A program made the translations under genes and the position numbers. This document shows, in pieces, positions 9,501-19,752 of a DNA stretch of 64,000 nucleotides (positions within the stretch are counted from its first letter, which is position 1; each line of letters starts with the position of its first letter). This DNA is from an uncultured delta proteobacterium (GTDB lineage Bacteria > Desulfobacterota > Binatia > JACPRU01): the NCBI GenBank assembly GCA_963745025.1, contig CAVUWD010000011.1:32001-96000 (forward strand). Reading direction: 5' to 3'. Below the pieces are notes generated by a model. The model did not search any database, had not been told where the DNA came from, and was given only the letters and a program-made list of their open reading frames with translations.

Positions 9501-11779
9501 CTACCTCTCGCAGCCGAGCCCCGTAGCTTTCCGACAGGTGTCGACACCCAAACCCCCGTCAACGGTGTCCGTTCCCGCTCCGCCGTTCAAGCGGTCGTTG
9601 CCGCCGCCGCCGAGAAGGAGATCGTTGCCGTCGCCGCCACAAATCGTGTCGTTGCCACCCAGCCCCTCGATGGTGTCGCTTCCGAGGCCGCCTGCGAGGA
9701 CGTCGTCACCGTCCGTGCCGAAGATCACGTCGTCGCCGGCAGTGCAGAACACGTAGGTGAGGGGCGTAGAATTACAGGTGAGCGGTGTGCCTCTCACGCA
9801 CTTGTGGTTGGTCGTATTGCAAGTCTCGGTACCGTTGCAAACGTTCTTGTCGATGCAGTCTCTATTGCGACGGCAGCAGTCGCGAACCCCCGTGCCTTGG
9901 CAGTTCCCCTTCTTGCAGACGTCGTTAGCCGTGCAGGCGACGCCGTCGTCGCACGAACTGCCGTCCGCGAGAACGGTGTCGCATTCGCCCGATTCGGGGT
10001 TACAGGCCGTGCAGGAATTGGCGCAGACGACCGGATTGCCGCCCGTGCAGGTTCCGCCTTGGCACGTGTCGGTCTGCGTGCAGGCATCGTTGTCGTCACA
10101 CGCCGTACCGTCTGGCTTTGCCGGCCCCGAGCATTCTCCGGTGGACGGGTTGCAAACTCCTCCGTCGTGGCATTGATCGCTGGCCGTGCAGACGACGGGA
10201 TTGGAGCCGCTGCAGCTCCCGCTCTGGCAGGTGTCGGTCTGCGTGCAGGCGTTGCCGTCGTTGCAGGCGGCGCCGTTGGCCTTGGCGGGATTCGAGCACG
10301 CGCCCGTTGCCGGATTGCAGGTCCCCGCATCGTGGCACTGATCGCTGGCCGTGCAGACCACGGGGTTGGCGCCGGTGCACGCGCCCGCTCTGGCAGGTGT
10401 CGGTCTGCGTGCAGGCGTTGCCGTCGTTGCAGGAGACGCCGTCCGCCTTGGCGGGATTCGAGCAGACGCCGGTTCCGGAGTCGCAGGTCCCCGCGTCGTG
10501 GCACTGATCGCTGGCGCGTGCAGACCACGGGGTTGGCGCCGGTGCAGCGTGCCCGCTCTGGCAGGTGTCGGTCTGCGTGCAGGCGTTGCCGTCGTTGCAG
10601 GCGGCGCCGTTCGCCTTGGCGGGGTTCGAGCACACGCCGGTTCCGGAGTCGCACGTCCCCGCGTCGTGGCACTGGTCGCTGGCCGTGCAGACGACCGGGT
10701 TGGCGCCGCTGCAGCTCCCGCTCTGGCAGGTGTCGGTCTGCGTGCAGGCGTTGCCGTCGTTGCACGCGTCGCCGTTGGCCTTGGCGGGATTCGAGCACAC
10801 GCCGGTTCCGGGTCGCACGTCCCCGCGTCGTGGCACTGGTCGCTGGCCGTGCAGACGACGGGGTTGGCGCCGCTGCAGCTCCCGCTCTGGCAGGTGTCGG
10901 TCTGCGTGCAGGCGTTGCCGTCGTTGCAGCACGTCGCCGTTGGCCTTGGCGGGATTCGAGCAGACGCCGGTTCCGGAATCGCAGGTGCCCGCGTCGTGGC
11001 ACTGATCGCTGGCGGTGCAGACGACGGGGTTGGCGCCGGTGCAGCTCCCGCCTGGCAGGTGTCGGTCTGCGTGCAGGCGTTGCCGTCGTTGCAGCAAGTC
11101 GCCGTCGGCCTTGGCGGGATTCGAGCACACGCCGGTTCCGGATCGCAGGTGCCCGCGTCGTGGCACTGGTCGCTGGCGGTGCAGACGACGGGGTTGGCGC
11201 CGGTGCAGCTCCCGCCTGGCAGGTGTCGGTCTGCGTGCAGGCGTTGCCGTCGTTGCAGCGAGTCGCCGTCGGCCTTGGCGGGATTCGAGCACACGCCGGT
11301 TCCGGGTCGCAGGTGCCCGCGTCGTGGCACTGGTCGCTGGCGGTGCAGACGACGGGGTTGGAGCCGGTGCAGGCGCCCGCTCTGGCAGGTGTCGGTCTGC
11401 GTGCAGGCGTTGCCGTCGTTGCACGCCGCGCCGTTCGCCTTGGCGGGATTCGAGCACGCGCCGTCGCAGGGTTGCACGTCCCGGCGTCGTGGCACTGGTC
11501 GCTCGCCGTGCAGACGACCGGATTGGCGCCGGTGCAGACGCCGGCCTGGCAGGTGTCGGTCTGCGTGCAGGCGTTGCCGTCGTTACACGACGTTCCGTTC
11601 GGAGCCGCTGTGTAGTGGCAGTGTCCGGCTGCAGGAGGCAAGTATCGATCGTGCACGGGTCGCCATCGTTGCACTGCGAGTCCGCGGTGCATGATGCCGG
11701 GGGCGCCGCATGAACACTCGGTGCACACCCCGAGCAAGATGACTGATGTGAAGAGAATCGTTCCAAGAAGCTTCCGCAT
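9501..11779 (-). CDS. secreted Cys-rich tandem-repeat protein (Dictyostelium-type CTxDxC repeats) with C-terminal RTX-like Ca-binding repeats; frameshifted
   Basis: signal peptide [17 protein letters not shown] after GGAGG; repeats [33 protein letters not shown]; C-terminal GGxGxD nonapeptides. Confidence 0.8.
10020..11600 (-). repeat. intragenic tandem repeat, ~165 bp x 10
   Basis: gtgtcggtctgcgtgcaggc recurs at about 10066, 10231, 10397, 10564, 10730, 10894, 11058, 11223, 11388, 11553. Confidence 0.92.
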
Positions 11780-11956
11780 GATCTCGCCTCCGGAGCGCTC
11801 GGTATGCAAGGCTGTGCCAAGTTAAGTGACCCTTGAATTAGCCTGAGATTCTGGAGAAGACGTGGCGTGCAAAAAATGACGGTCTTTGACGACAGTGGCA
11901 AAATTCTGCCTTGCTTTAGCCTGCCGAGCTTTCCCTACACTTCGTTGCCCGAGCGG

Positions 11957-12389
11957 ATGCCGATTGCCGATCAAATCCCCTCCGACGTGCGTGACTTGGC
12001 TCCGTCACTCGCGGCACGCGCCGCCGGGATCGAGGCGGAGCGCCGCCTTCCAGCCGGCACTCGTCGAGGAGTTCAGGAGGCTGGGCTCTTCCGCATGCTA
12101 GTGCCGAAGAGCCCGGCGGCCTCGCAATCGAGTTTTTGGCGAGCGTCGACATCTTGGCCGCGCTCGCGGCGGGGGATGGCGCAACGGGGTGGACGGCGAT
12201 GATCGGCTGCGAGACGCCGCAGCTCTTCTCGCTCTTGCCGCGGGAGGCAGCGCGCTCTACAACAAGTCGCCGCTTCAGGGGCGCCTGCGCGACATCCACA
12301 CTCTCACCCAGCATGCGTCGGTCCAGGAGAACGTCTTCGTGAACGCCGGCGCCGAGAAGCTCGGCAAGCCCGGGTCGTTCGGGCCCTGA
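11957..12389 (+). pseudogene. internally deleted acyl-CoA dehydrogenase/flavin hydroxylase remnant
   Basis: N-terminal ERRLP..LVEEF..GLFRMLVPK and DGATGWTAMI joined directly to C-terminal GGSALYNKSPLQGRLRDIHTLTQH, with frameshifts. Confidence 0.7.
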
Positions 12390-12440
12390 TCTCGGAGCCG
12401 GGAGCTTGCGTCATGAATAGGTTACCGTAGTCGCTCGGAG

Positions 12441-12830
12441 ATGGCGGTTCACGTGGTGCGTCTCGGCTCTCCTCGCGGCAAGCGCGACGGTTTGCGCCTC
12501 GGAACGGTGCGGCGACCGCCGCGGGGTGTCGCGAAACGGGACTACGCGAGACTCGACTACTTCGATCTCTGGCTGCCGGATCTCGCGCCGAGCGCGCCGC
12601 TCGTGTCTTATGCGCTGTCCGAGCCGTTCACCCCGCAGCGCTGGAAGCGCTACGTGCGTCGCTACCGGCGCGAGATGTCCGATCCGGCCCGACGGCGCCT
12701 GATTGCGCTGCTCGCGGCACTTTCGGCGCGGGCGGATTTCTCGATCGGCTGTTATTGCGCCGACGAGTCACGTTGCCACCGCTCGCTGCTGACAGAGCTA
12801 CTGGTCGAACAGGGTGCGGTCGTGGTTTAG
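12441..12830 (+). CDS. DUF488 family protein
   Basis: GTVRRPPRGV, WLPDLAPS, CYCADESRCHRSLL. Confidence 0.85.
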   Translation: MAVHVVRLGSPRGKRDGLRLGTVRRPPRGVAKRDYARLDYFDLWLPDLAPSAPLVSYALSEPFTPQRWKRYVRRYRREMSDPARRRLIALLAALSARADFSIGCYCADESRCHRSLLTELLVEQGAVVV

Positions 12831-12849
12831 GGACGCCTGGAGATTGGTG

Positions 12850-14112
12850 ATGCGAACGATCCGCGAGCCTTCGCGCGAGACGCCGGTCCTCGCGGAGACT
12901 CAGGTGCTCGTCGTGGGTGGCGGCTCTGCGGGCGTCGCCGCGGCCGTCGCGGCGGCCCGCGAAGGAGCCGAGGTGATGCTCGTCGAGCGCTATGGCCAGC
13001 TCGGCGGGCTCGCGACCGGCGGGCTCATCATTCTGCTGCTCACGCTCGATGACGGCGCAGGGCGCCAGGTCATCGGCGGCCTCTGCCAGGAACTGATCGA
13101 TCGCTTGCAGACGCGCGGCGCCGCGGTCGCCCCGCCACGCGATCAGTGGAACTCGCCCGACTCCGCATTGGTGAAGCACTACGAGCGCTGGGGGCTCGTC
13201 TGGGGAAAGGGGCCACACCGGGTTCGCTACTCCGTCGCCTACGACGCCGAAGAGGCGAAGTTCGCGCTCGCGCAGATGATCGCCGATGCCAAGGCCCGTT
13301 TGCTGCTCCACGCGTGGGCGTGCGATCCGCTGCTCGACGGCACGCGGCTTCGCGGCGTCGCCTTTCAAGGGAAATCGGGACGCTTCGCGGTCCTCGCCGA
13401 CGTGGTCATCGACACCACGGGCGACGGCGACCTCTACGCGCTCGCCGGAGCGCCTTACGAGAGCGAGAAGGTCTTTCCCTGGCTCTGGTTTCGAATGGGC
13501 GGGGTCGACGACGTCGAGGCCGCCATCACCGCGAAGGGGTGGTTCTTCCACACCCCGGGTGACGGGCGCGTTCTCCTGCCGTGGGGATCGACGGGGCGCA
13601 TCGACCGGCAGATCGACGCGACCAATCCGGAAGATCTCACCTACGCCGAGATCGAGTGCCGCAAGATGGTGATGGCAGAGGTCGATCACTTGCGCCGTGA
13701 GCTGCCGGCGTTCGCCCGCGCCCACGTCTGCGATATCGCCACGCAGCTCGGCGTGACCGAGAGCCGACGGCTCGCCGGCGAGTACGTGCTCGCGCGCGAC
13801 GACGCCGACAAGACGTTTCCCGACACCATCGCCGTGACCGGCAACTGGACGAAGTACGAGACGATCTACTCGATCCCCTACCGGTCCCTGCTGCCGCGCG
13901 GCCTCGACAACCTGATCGCCGCGGGCCGCTGCATCTCCGTCGACCACCGCGTGCATCATTCGACCAAGGAGATCCCGCCCTGCATGGCGACCGGCGAGGC
14001 CGCGGGCGTGGCCGCCACGATGGCGGCGGGCGGCGCGGCGGCGCGGGACGTTCCGGTCGACGCGCTGCGGGCGAGGCTCCGCGCCCGCGGCGCGATCGTC
14101 GATCGCCCCTGA
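12850..14112 (+). CDS. FAD-dependent oxidoreductase
   Basis: VVGGGSAGVAAA, GGLATGG, IDTTGDGD, IPYRSLLP, AGRCIS, CMATGEAAG. Confidence 0.9.
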   Translation: MRTIREPSRETPVLAETQVLVVGGGSAGVAAAVAAAREGAEVMLVERYGQLGGLATGGLIILLLTLDDGAGRQVIGGLCQELIDRLQTRGAAVAPPRDQWNSPDSALVKHYERWGLVWGKGPHRVRYSVAYDAEEAKFALAQMIADAKARLLLHAWACDPLLDGTRLRGVAFQGKSGRFAVLADVVIDTTGDGDLYALAGAPYESEKVFPWLWFRMGGVDDVEAAITAKGWFFHTPGDGRVLLPWGSTGRIDRQIDATNPEDLTYAEIECRKMVMAEVDHLRRELPAFARAHVCDIATQLGVTESRRLAGEYVLARDDADKTFPDTIAVTGNWTKYETIYSIPYRSLLPRGLDNLIAAGRCISVDHRVHHSTKEIPPCMATGEAAGVAATMAAGGAAARDVPVDALRARLRARGAIVDRP

Positions 14113-14294
14113 TGATGTCCCTTTCCAAGGGTGGCTCGGAGACGTTGGCACGACGAATCCTCTCCCGCAGGAGAGAACCGTGACATGGACGGGTTGCTGA
14201 AGAAGATTTTCGGCAACTGCTGTCACCCGTTCCCGATCTCCCGAGCGTAAGACGTGTCATTGAAACCGACACGCAGCCAGGAGGATCGTTGACC

Positions 14295-14495
14295 ATGGAA
14301 GCGATCACGCACATCGCTGGACTCATCCCAGGTTTCCTCACCTCTCCGGCCGACCTGACCGTAGTGGAGCAGCTCGCTGCTCTAGGCGCGCTCGCCTGGA
14401 ACGTCGGCATTCTCGTCTTGGTCCGGGCGCTGGCGAGCCGCCGGCCGGCGGTTCGAGAGCGCGACCGCGGCGGCGAATACGACGAGGCGGCATGA
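14295..14495 (+). CDS. small single-TM hypothetical protein
   Basis: GGAGG RBS, one hydrophobic stretch, stop overlaps sigma factor start (ATGA). Confidence 0.55.
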   Translation: MEAITHIAGLIPGFLTSPADLTVVEQLAALGALAWNVGILVLVRALASRRPAVRERDRGGEYDEAA

Positions 14496-15043
14496 GTCAG
14501 GGCACGTCGACCATGGTCGCCCGCACCAGACGAAGCGAGACGGACGATCGCGAGCTGCTCGCGCGCGTCGCAGCCGGCGGCGAAGACGCGTTCATCGAGC
14601 TCGTTCGGCGCTATCAGCGCCGCTTCTACGGAATCGCGCGGCGCATGCTCGGCGATGATCGGGACGCGGAGGACGCGGTGCAGACGGCGTTCCTCCGCAT
14701 TCACCGCCACGCCGCCGCGTATCGCGAGGAGTGGAGCGGCGCGACGTGGCTCTACCGAATCCTCACCAACGTCGTGATCGATCACTGGCGCAAGCGCCGC
14801 CGGCTCGGTGAGGTCCCGCTGTCCGCGACCGACGTCGTCGGCACGGCGGGCAACGCGGAGCGAGTGGACGTCGACCGCGCGCTCGCCAAGCTTCCCGCCG
14901 AGGCACGCGCGATTCTCCTTCTCTGCTACGTCGAGGAGCTTCCCTATGCGGAGATCGCGCGCGCCCGGGGAATTTCCATCAACACGGTGAAGACACAGCT
15001 TCTGCGAGCCAAAGGGCTCATGAGGCGATACTTGAAGAGGTGA
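14492..15043 (+). CDS. ECF RNA polymerase sigma factor
   Basis: DAEDAVQTAF, TWLYRILTN (region 2); LPYAEIA..GISINTVKTQLLRAK (region 4). Confidence 0.92.
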   Translation: MSQGTSTMVARTRRSETDDRELLARVAAGGEDAFIELVRRYQRRFYGIARRMLGDDRDAEDAVQTAFLRIHRHAAAYREEWSGATWLYRILTNVVIDHWRKRRRLGEVPLSATDVVGTAGNAERVDVDRALAKLPAEARAILLLCYVEELPYAEIARARGISINTVKTQLLRAKGLMRRYLKR

Positions 15044-15047
15044 GACC

Positions 15048-15761
15048 ATGATCCATGGAACACACGACCACGACTTCCGCTCCGTGCTCGCTCCGCCGGC
15101 CGCGCCCGCGGGTCTTGCCGAGCGGGTGCTGCAAGCGGCGCGGGAGCGTCGCGAAACAGGCGCGCTGGCGCTACGCTTCGACATCGCGGCTTCCGAGCGC
15201 GGCGTGGCGCGGCTTCACCCGGGCAAGGGCGAGATCCGCGCGGAATCGCGCCGCGCGCGTACGCTCGCCGAGCGCGCCCGCGAGGAGCTCGGCGAGTACC
15301 TCGAGGGTTTGCGCAGCTACTTCACAGTCCCGATCGATCTTGGCGCAACCGCCGGCTTTCAACGCGCGGTCCTGGAGGCGGCTCGCGCGATTCCGTTCGG
15401 CGAGGTGCGATCCTACGGCTGGGTCGCCGAGCACATCGGCAAACCGCGTGCCGTCCGCGCGGTCGGCACGGCGCTCGGGCGAAATCCCGTTCCACTCGTC
15501 GTTCCCTGCCACCGCGTGCTGCGCTCCGACGGCAGTCTCGGCGGCTACGGCCTCGGCCTCGACCTGAAGAGCCGCCTCCTCTCGCTCGAGCGCGAGACGC
15601 CGGCAATCGTCGGATCCGATACGACCCGCATCGTCTGCCGCCACGGCTGCGCGAACGAGCAACGCATCGCCGAGCGGCACCGGGTGGTGTTCGCGACGAT
15701 CGCCGAGGCCCGGCAAGCGGGCTACCGCCGCTGCCGCCGCTGCCTGCCGGCCGACCACTGA
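15048..15761 (+). CDS. ogt: methylated-DNA-protein-cysteine methyltransferase with C-terminal Ada metal-binding domain
   Basis: IPFGEVRSYG, RAVGTALGRNP, PCHRV active site; TTRIVCRHGC...AGYRRCRRC. Confidence 0.9.
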   Translation: MIHGTHDHDFRSVLAPPAAPAGLAERVLQAARERRETGALALRFDIAASERGVARLHPGKGEIRAESRRARTLAERAREELGEYLEGLRSYFTVPIDLGATAGFQRAVLEAARAIPFGEVRSYGWVAEHIGKPRAVRAVGTALGRNPVPLVVPCHRVLRSDGSLGGYGLGLDLKSRLLSLERETPAIVGSDTTRIVCRHGCANEQRIAERHRVVFATIAEARQAGYRRCRRCLPADH

Positions 15762-15864
15762 GTCGTTTGGGTGGGGCTCGCGTTCCATATCTTTCGGTGG
15801 ATCCGATCGGCGGCGGCTTTCCGGGCACGGTGGAAATTGCTAATCGAACGGCGCACCAGGTCGC

Positions 15865-17472
15865 ATGGACCGCATCGAATCCAAGATCCGCCCCGCTTCG
15901 CCCGAGTTCCAGGAGAACTTCGCGCACAACCGCGCGCTCGCCGAAGACCTGCAGAAGCGCCTCGATCACGCCCGCCGCGGCGGGTCCGAGGAGCACCGCC
16001 GAAGGCACAAGAAGCGCGGCAAGATGCTGCCGCGCGAACGGATCGACGCGCTGCTCGATCCGGAAACCCCGTTCCTCGAGCTGTCACCGCTCGCGGCCAA
16101 CGATCTGTACAAGGGCGAGGCGCCCTCCGCGGGGGTGGTCACGGGGGTCGGCCGCATCTCCGGCCGCGAAGCGCTGGTCATCGCCAACGACGCGACCGTG
16201 AAGGGCGGCACGTACTATCCAATGACGGTCAAGAAGCATCTTCGCGCGCAGGAGGTCGCTCTCGAGAACCGCCTCCCCTGCGTCTATCTGGTGGATTCCG
16301 GCGGCGCCTTCCTACCGCTCCAGGCCGACGTGTTCCCCGATCGCGAGCACTTCGGACGCATCTTCTACAACCAGGCACGCATGTCGGCGGCCGGCATCCC
16401 GCAAGTCGCGGTGGTGATGGGCTCGTGCACCGCGGGCGGAGCCTACGTGCCTGCGATGAGCGACGAAGCGGTCATCGTCAAGCAGCAGGGAACGATCTTC
16501 CTCGCGGGGCCGCCGCTCGTGAAGGCGGCAACCGGCGAGGAGGTGACCGCGGAGGAGCTCGGCGGCGGAGACGTGCACACGCGGATCTCCGGAGTCGCGG
16601 ACCATCTCGCCGAGGACGACGCCCACGCGATCGAGATCACCCGCTCGATCTTCGAGAACCTGCCGACGCGGGCCGAACCCGACGTCGAGCGCCTCGCGCC
16701 GGAGCCACCGGCATACGATCCCAAGGAGATCTACGGAATCGTTCCCAAGAACCCGCGCCGGCCGCTCGACATCGTCGAGGTCGTCGCTCGCCTAGTCGAC
16801 GGCAGCCGGCTCCACGAGTTCAAGGCGCGTTACGGCTCCACGCTCGTGACCGGCTTCGCGCACATCCACGGTTACCCGGTCGGCATTCTCGCCAACAACG
16901 GAGTGCTCTTCTCCGAATCCTCACTCAAGGCGGCGCACTTCGTCGAGCTCTGCTGTCAGCGCAGCGTGCCGATCCTCTATCTGCAGAACATCACTGGCTA
17001 CATCGTCGGCCGGCAGTACGAGCAGGGTGGCATCGCCAAGGACGGAGCGAAGATGGTGCACGCCACGGCGAACGCGGCGGTGCCGAAGATCACGGTGATC
17101 GTCGGCGCCTCTTATGGCGCCGGCAACTACGGCATGTGCGGCCGCGCCTATCAGCCGCGCTTCCTCTTCATGTGGCCGAACGCGCGGATCTCGGTGATGG
17201 GCGGCGAGCAGGCGGCGCAGACTCTCGTCACCGTCAAGGTTCAGCAGCTCGCGGAGAGGGGCGAGACGCTCGACGATGCCGGCCAGAAAGAGATCGCCGA
17301 GCCGATCCTCTCGAAGTTCGAGCACGAAGGCAGTCCCTACTTCTCGACATCGCGACTGTGGGACGACGGAGTCCTCGATCCCGTGGAGACGCGCGATACG
17401 CTCGGCCTGGCGATCGCAATCGCGCTCGGCGCGCCGATGTCGGCGACGCGGTTTGGGGTGTTTCGAATGTGA
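15865..17472 (+). CDS. liuB: methylcrotonyl-CoA carboxylase-type carboxyltransferase subunit
   Basis: [49 protein letters not shown]. Confidence 0.9.
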   Translation: MDRIESKIRPASPEFQENFAHNRALAEDLQKRLDHARRGGSEEHRRRHKKRGKMLPRERIDALLDPETPFLELSPLAANDLYKGEAPSAGVVTGVGRISGREALVIANDATVKGGTYYPMTVKKHLRAQEVALENRLPCVYLVDSGGAFLPLQADVFPDREHFGRIFYNQARMSAAGIPQVAVVMGSCTAGGAYVPAMSDEAVIVKQQGTIFLAGPPLVKAATGEEVTAEELGGGDVHTRISGVADHLAEDDAHAIEITRSIFENLPTRAEPDVERLAPEPPAYDPKEIYGIVPKNPRRPLDIVEVVARLVDGSRLHEFKARYGSTLVTGFAHIHGYPVGILANNGVLFSESSLKAAHFVELCCQRSVPILYLQNITGYIVGRQYEQGGIAKDGAKMVHATANAAVPKITVIVGASYGAGNYGMCGRAYQPRFLFMWPNARISVMGGEQAAQTLVTVKVQQLAERGETLDDAGQKEIAEPILSKFEHEGSPYFSTSRLWDDGVLDPVETRDTLGLAIAIALGAPMSATRFGVFRM

Positions 17473-17479
17473 GGAAGGA

Positions 17480-17560
17480 GGCTACCGGTTACGGGCTACC
17501 GGCTTCCGGCAAAGACACCGCGAAGTTTCCGCGGTAGCCGGTAGTCGGTAGCCGCTAGCC
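17480..17560. repeat. GGCTACR heptamer inverted-repeat element, copy 2
   Basis: ggctaccggttacgggctaccggcttccggc ... gtagccggtagtcggtagccgctagcc. Confidence 0.85.
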
Positions 17561-17568
17561 GAATCGCG

Positions 17569-19077
17569 ATGTTCAGAAAAGTCCTCATCGCCAACCGCGG
17601 CGAGATCGCGGTACGTGTGATCCGCGCCTGTCGCGAGATGGGAATTTCGACCGTCGCCGTCTACTCCGAGGCCGACCGCGACGCGCTTCACGTGCAGATG
17701 GCCGACGCCAGCGTCGTCATCGGACCGCCTGCGGCTCGCGAGAGCTACCTCGCGATCGACAAGATCATCTCGGCGGCGCACGACACGAAGGCGGACGCCA
17801 TCCATCCGGGCTACGGATTCTTGTCGGAGAATCCGGCCTTCGCCCGAGCTTGCGCCGACGCGGGTGTCACGTTCATCGGTCCGAGCGCGGAGACGCTGGA
17901 GGCCTCCGGCGACAAGGTGCGGGCCCGAAAGATGGCGGCCAAAGGCGGAGCGCCGGTGCTGCCCGCCCTCGAGTCGGTGTCCTCCGGCTCCCGGGAGGCA
18001 CAGCAAGCAGTGAAGACGCTCGGCTTGCCCCTGCTCGTCAAGGCGGCGGCCGGCGGCGGGGGCAAGGGGATGCGAGTCGTTCGCGAAGCCGGCGAGCTGG
18101 CCGCGGCCCTGGCCGCCGCAGAACGCGAGGCGACGGCTGCGTTCGGCGACGGCCGCGTCTTTCTCGAGCGGCTCGTCGACCGTCCACGCCACGTCGAGGT
18201 GCAGATTCTCGCCGACCGCCACGGCCATCGCATCCACCTCGGCGAGCGCGAGTGCTCGCTGCAGCGCCGGCACCAGAAGATCGTCGAAGAAGCGCCGTCC
18301 GCGGTCGTCGACGAAGCCCTTCGCCGGCAGATCACCGATGCGGCGCTCGTCGTCGCCCGCGCCGTGGACTATTCGAACGCCGGAACGGTCGAGTTCCTGC
18401 TCGCGCCCGATCGGACCTTCTACTTCCTGGAGATCAATCCCCGACTTCAGGTCGAGCACCCGGTGACCGAGATGGTGACCGGGATCGACCTCGTCCAGCA
18501 GCAGATCCGCATCGCGGCGGGCGAGCGGCTGTCGATCCGCCAAGAGGATGTCGTGCTTCGCGGTCACGCGATCGAGTGCCGGCTCTACGCGGAGGATCCT
18601 GCGAATCGATTTCTACCGCAGGCGGGCGAAATCGTCGCCGTGTCGTTACCCTCCGGTCCCGGCATTCGCGTGGATTCGGCTCTGTGGGCAGGCGCACAGG
18701 TGACGATCGACTACGATCCGATGCTCGCCAAGGTAATCGCTCATGCCGCCGACCGCGACAGCGCTCGGCGGCGTATGATCGCCGCGCTCGAAGATTTTCT
18801 GATCATTGGACCGCCGAACAATCTGCCATTCCTGCGCGACCTGATGGAGCTCGACGAGTTCCGCGATGCGGCGATCGACACGCAGCTGATCGATCGACGG
18901 GGAGGAGATCTCGTCGTCGAGCCTCGGCACCGGGAGCTGGCCGCGCAGATCACCGCGTACCTCCTTGCGGCGGGTCCGCGCCCGACTGCGGCGGCCGGCG
19001 CGGCGACGAGCGCGGTCGCGAGTCCCTGGGAGACTCTCGGAGCCTGGCGGCCGGGCATGGGAGGGCGTTCGTCGTGA
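17569..19077 (+). CDS. biotin carboxylase subunit
   Basis: ANRGEIA, HPGYGFLSEN, GGGGKGMR, RLQVEHPVTE. Confidence 0.95.
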   Translation: MFRKVLIANRGEIAVRVIRACREMGISTVAVYSEADRDALHVQMADASVVIGPPAARESYLAIDKIISAAHDTKADAIHPGYGFLSENPAFARACADAGVTFIGPSAETLEASGDKVRARKMAAKGGAPVLPALESVSSGSREAQQAVKTLGLPLLVKAAAGGGGKGMRVVREAGELAAALAAAEREATAAFGDGRVFLERLVDRPRHVEVQILADRHGHRIHLGERECSLQRRHQKIVEEAPSAVVDEALRRQITDAALVVARAVDYSNAGTVEFLLAPDRTFYFLEINPRLQVEHPVTEMVTGIDLVQQQIRIAAGERLSIRQEDVVLRGHAIECRLYAEDPANRFLPQAGEIVAVSLPSGPGIRVDSALWAGAQVTIDYDPMLAKVIAHAADRDSARRRMIAALEDFLIIGPPNNLPFLRDLMELDEFRDAAIDTQLIDRRGGDLVVEPRHRELAAQITAYLLAAGPRPTAAAGAATSAVASPWETLGAWRPGMGGRSS

Positions 19078-19565
19078 AGCTCCGGCTCTTCCATCGCGGC
19101 GAAGCGATCGAGGTCGAGGTCGACGGCACGGGTGACGTGCGCGCCGTGCATCTCGGCGAGACTCGGACGGAAATCGTGCCCGTCACGCTCTCCGGCGCGA
19201 GCGGAACCGTGCGCGTCGATGGCCGGCCCGCGCATTTCCTCTACGCGCGCAGCGCAAATCGCGTACGCGTCGCGGTCGGCGGCGAGTGCTTCACGTTCGA
19301 TCTCAGCGAGATCAAATCGAAGCGCACGGCGGGAGTGCACGGCAATCCCGAAACCCACGCGCCCATGCCGGGCAAAGTGCTTGAAGTGAGCGCCGAGGCC
19401 GGGCGCGAGGTAAGCCCGGGCGACCCGTTGCTGATCCTCGAAGCAATGAAGATGGAAAACGTTCTTGTGGCGGAGATTGCGGGTACCGTCAAAGAAGTTC
19501 ACGTAAAGGTAGGCGACATGGTAGAGCCCGGCAAGCTTCTCGTCCTGGTCACTCCGAAGCAGTAA
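19074..19565 (+). CDS. biotin carboxyl carrier protein (BT + biotinyl domain)
   Basis: GTG overlapping upstream stop; APMPG, EAMKM biotinylation motif. Confidence 0.9.
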   Translation: MKLRLFHRGEAIEVEVDGTGDVRAVHLGETRTEIVPVTLSGASGTVRVDGRPAHFLYARSANRVRVAVGGECFTFDLSEIKSKRTAGVHGNPETHAPMPGKVLEVSAEAGREVSPGDPLLILEAMKMENVLVAEIAGTVKEVHVKVGDMVEPGKLLVLVTPKQ

Positions 19566-19686
19566 CCCGAAGCTTTCAGCAAACATCGTTTCTCACGTTT
19601 TCCAAATGATTCCGGCGACATGACCGGCCGCCGGCCGCTGCGATTTTCGTTCAATAACTCATTGAATTGCTGCAAAAATCCCAGGT

Positions 19687-19715
19687 TTGACAGATTCTGG
19701 ATAAGGCTCTAGCAT
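19687..19715 (+). promoter_or_regulatory. sigma70-type promoter of the IclR gene
   Basis: TTGACA-17 bp-TAGCAT. Confidence 0.7.
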
Positions 19716-19752
19716 TGAGCGGTTTTCCAGCGGTGACCTCCGGGGGTGAAGC

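Noticed and set aside
10020-11600. Regularly spaced repeats as a CRISPR array
   Set aside because: The whole 165-bp unit repeats and encodes Cys-rich protein; there are no unique spacers and no cas genes
11804-11820. Sigma54-like promoter TTGGCACAGCCTTGCAT (minus strand) before the Cys-repeat gene
   Set aside because: GG-GC spacing is 9 rather than the required 10; it could be an indel error but cannot be supported as written
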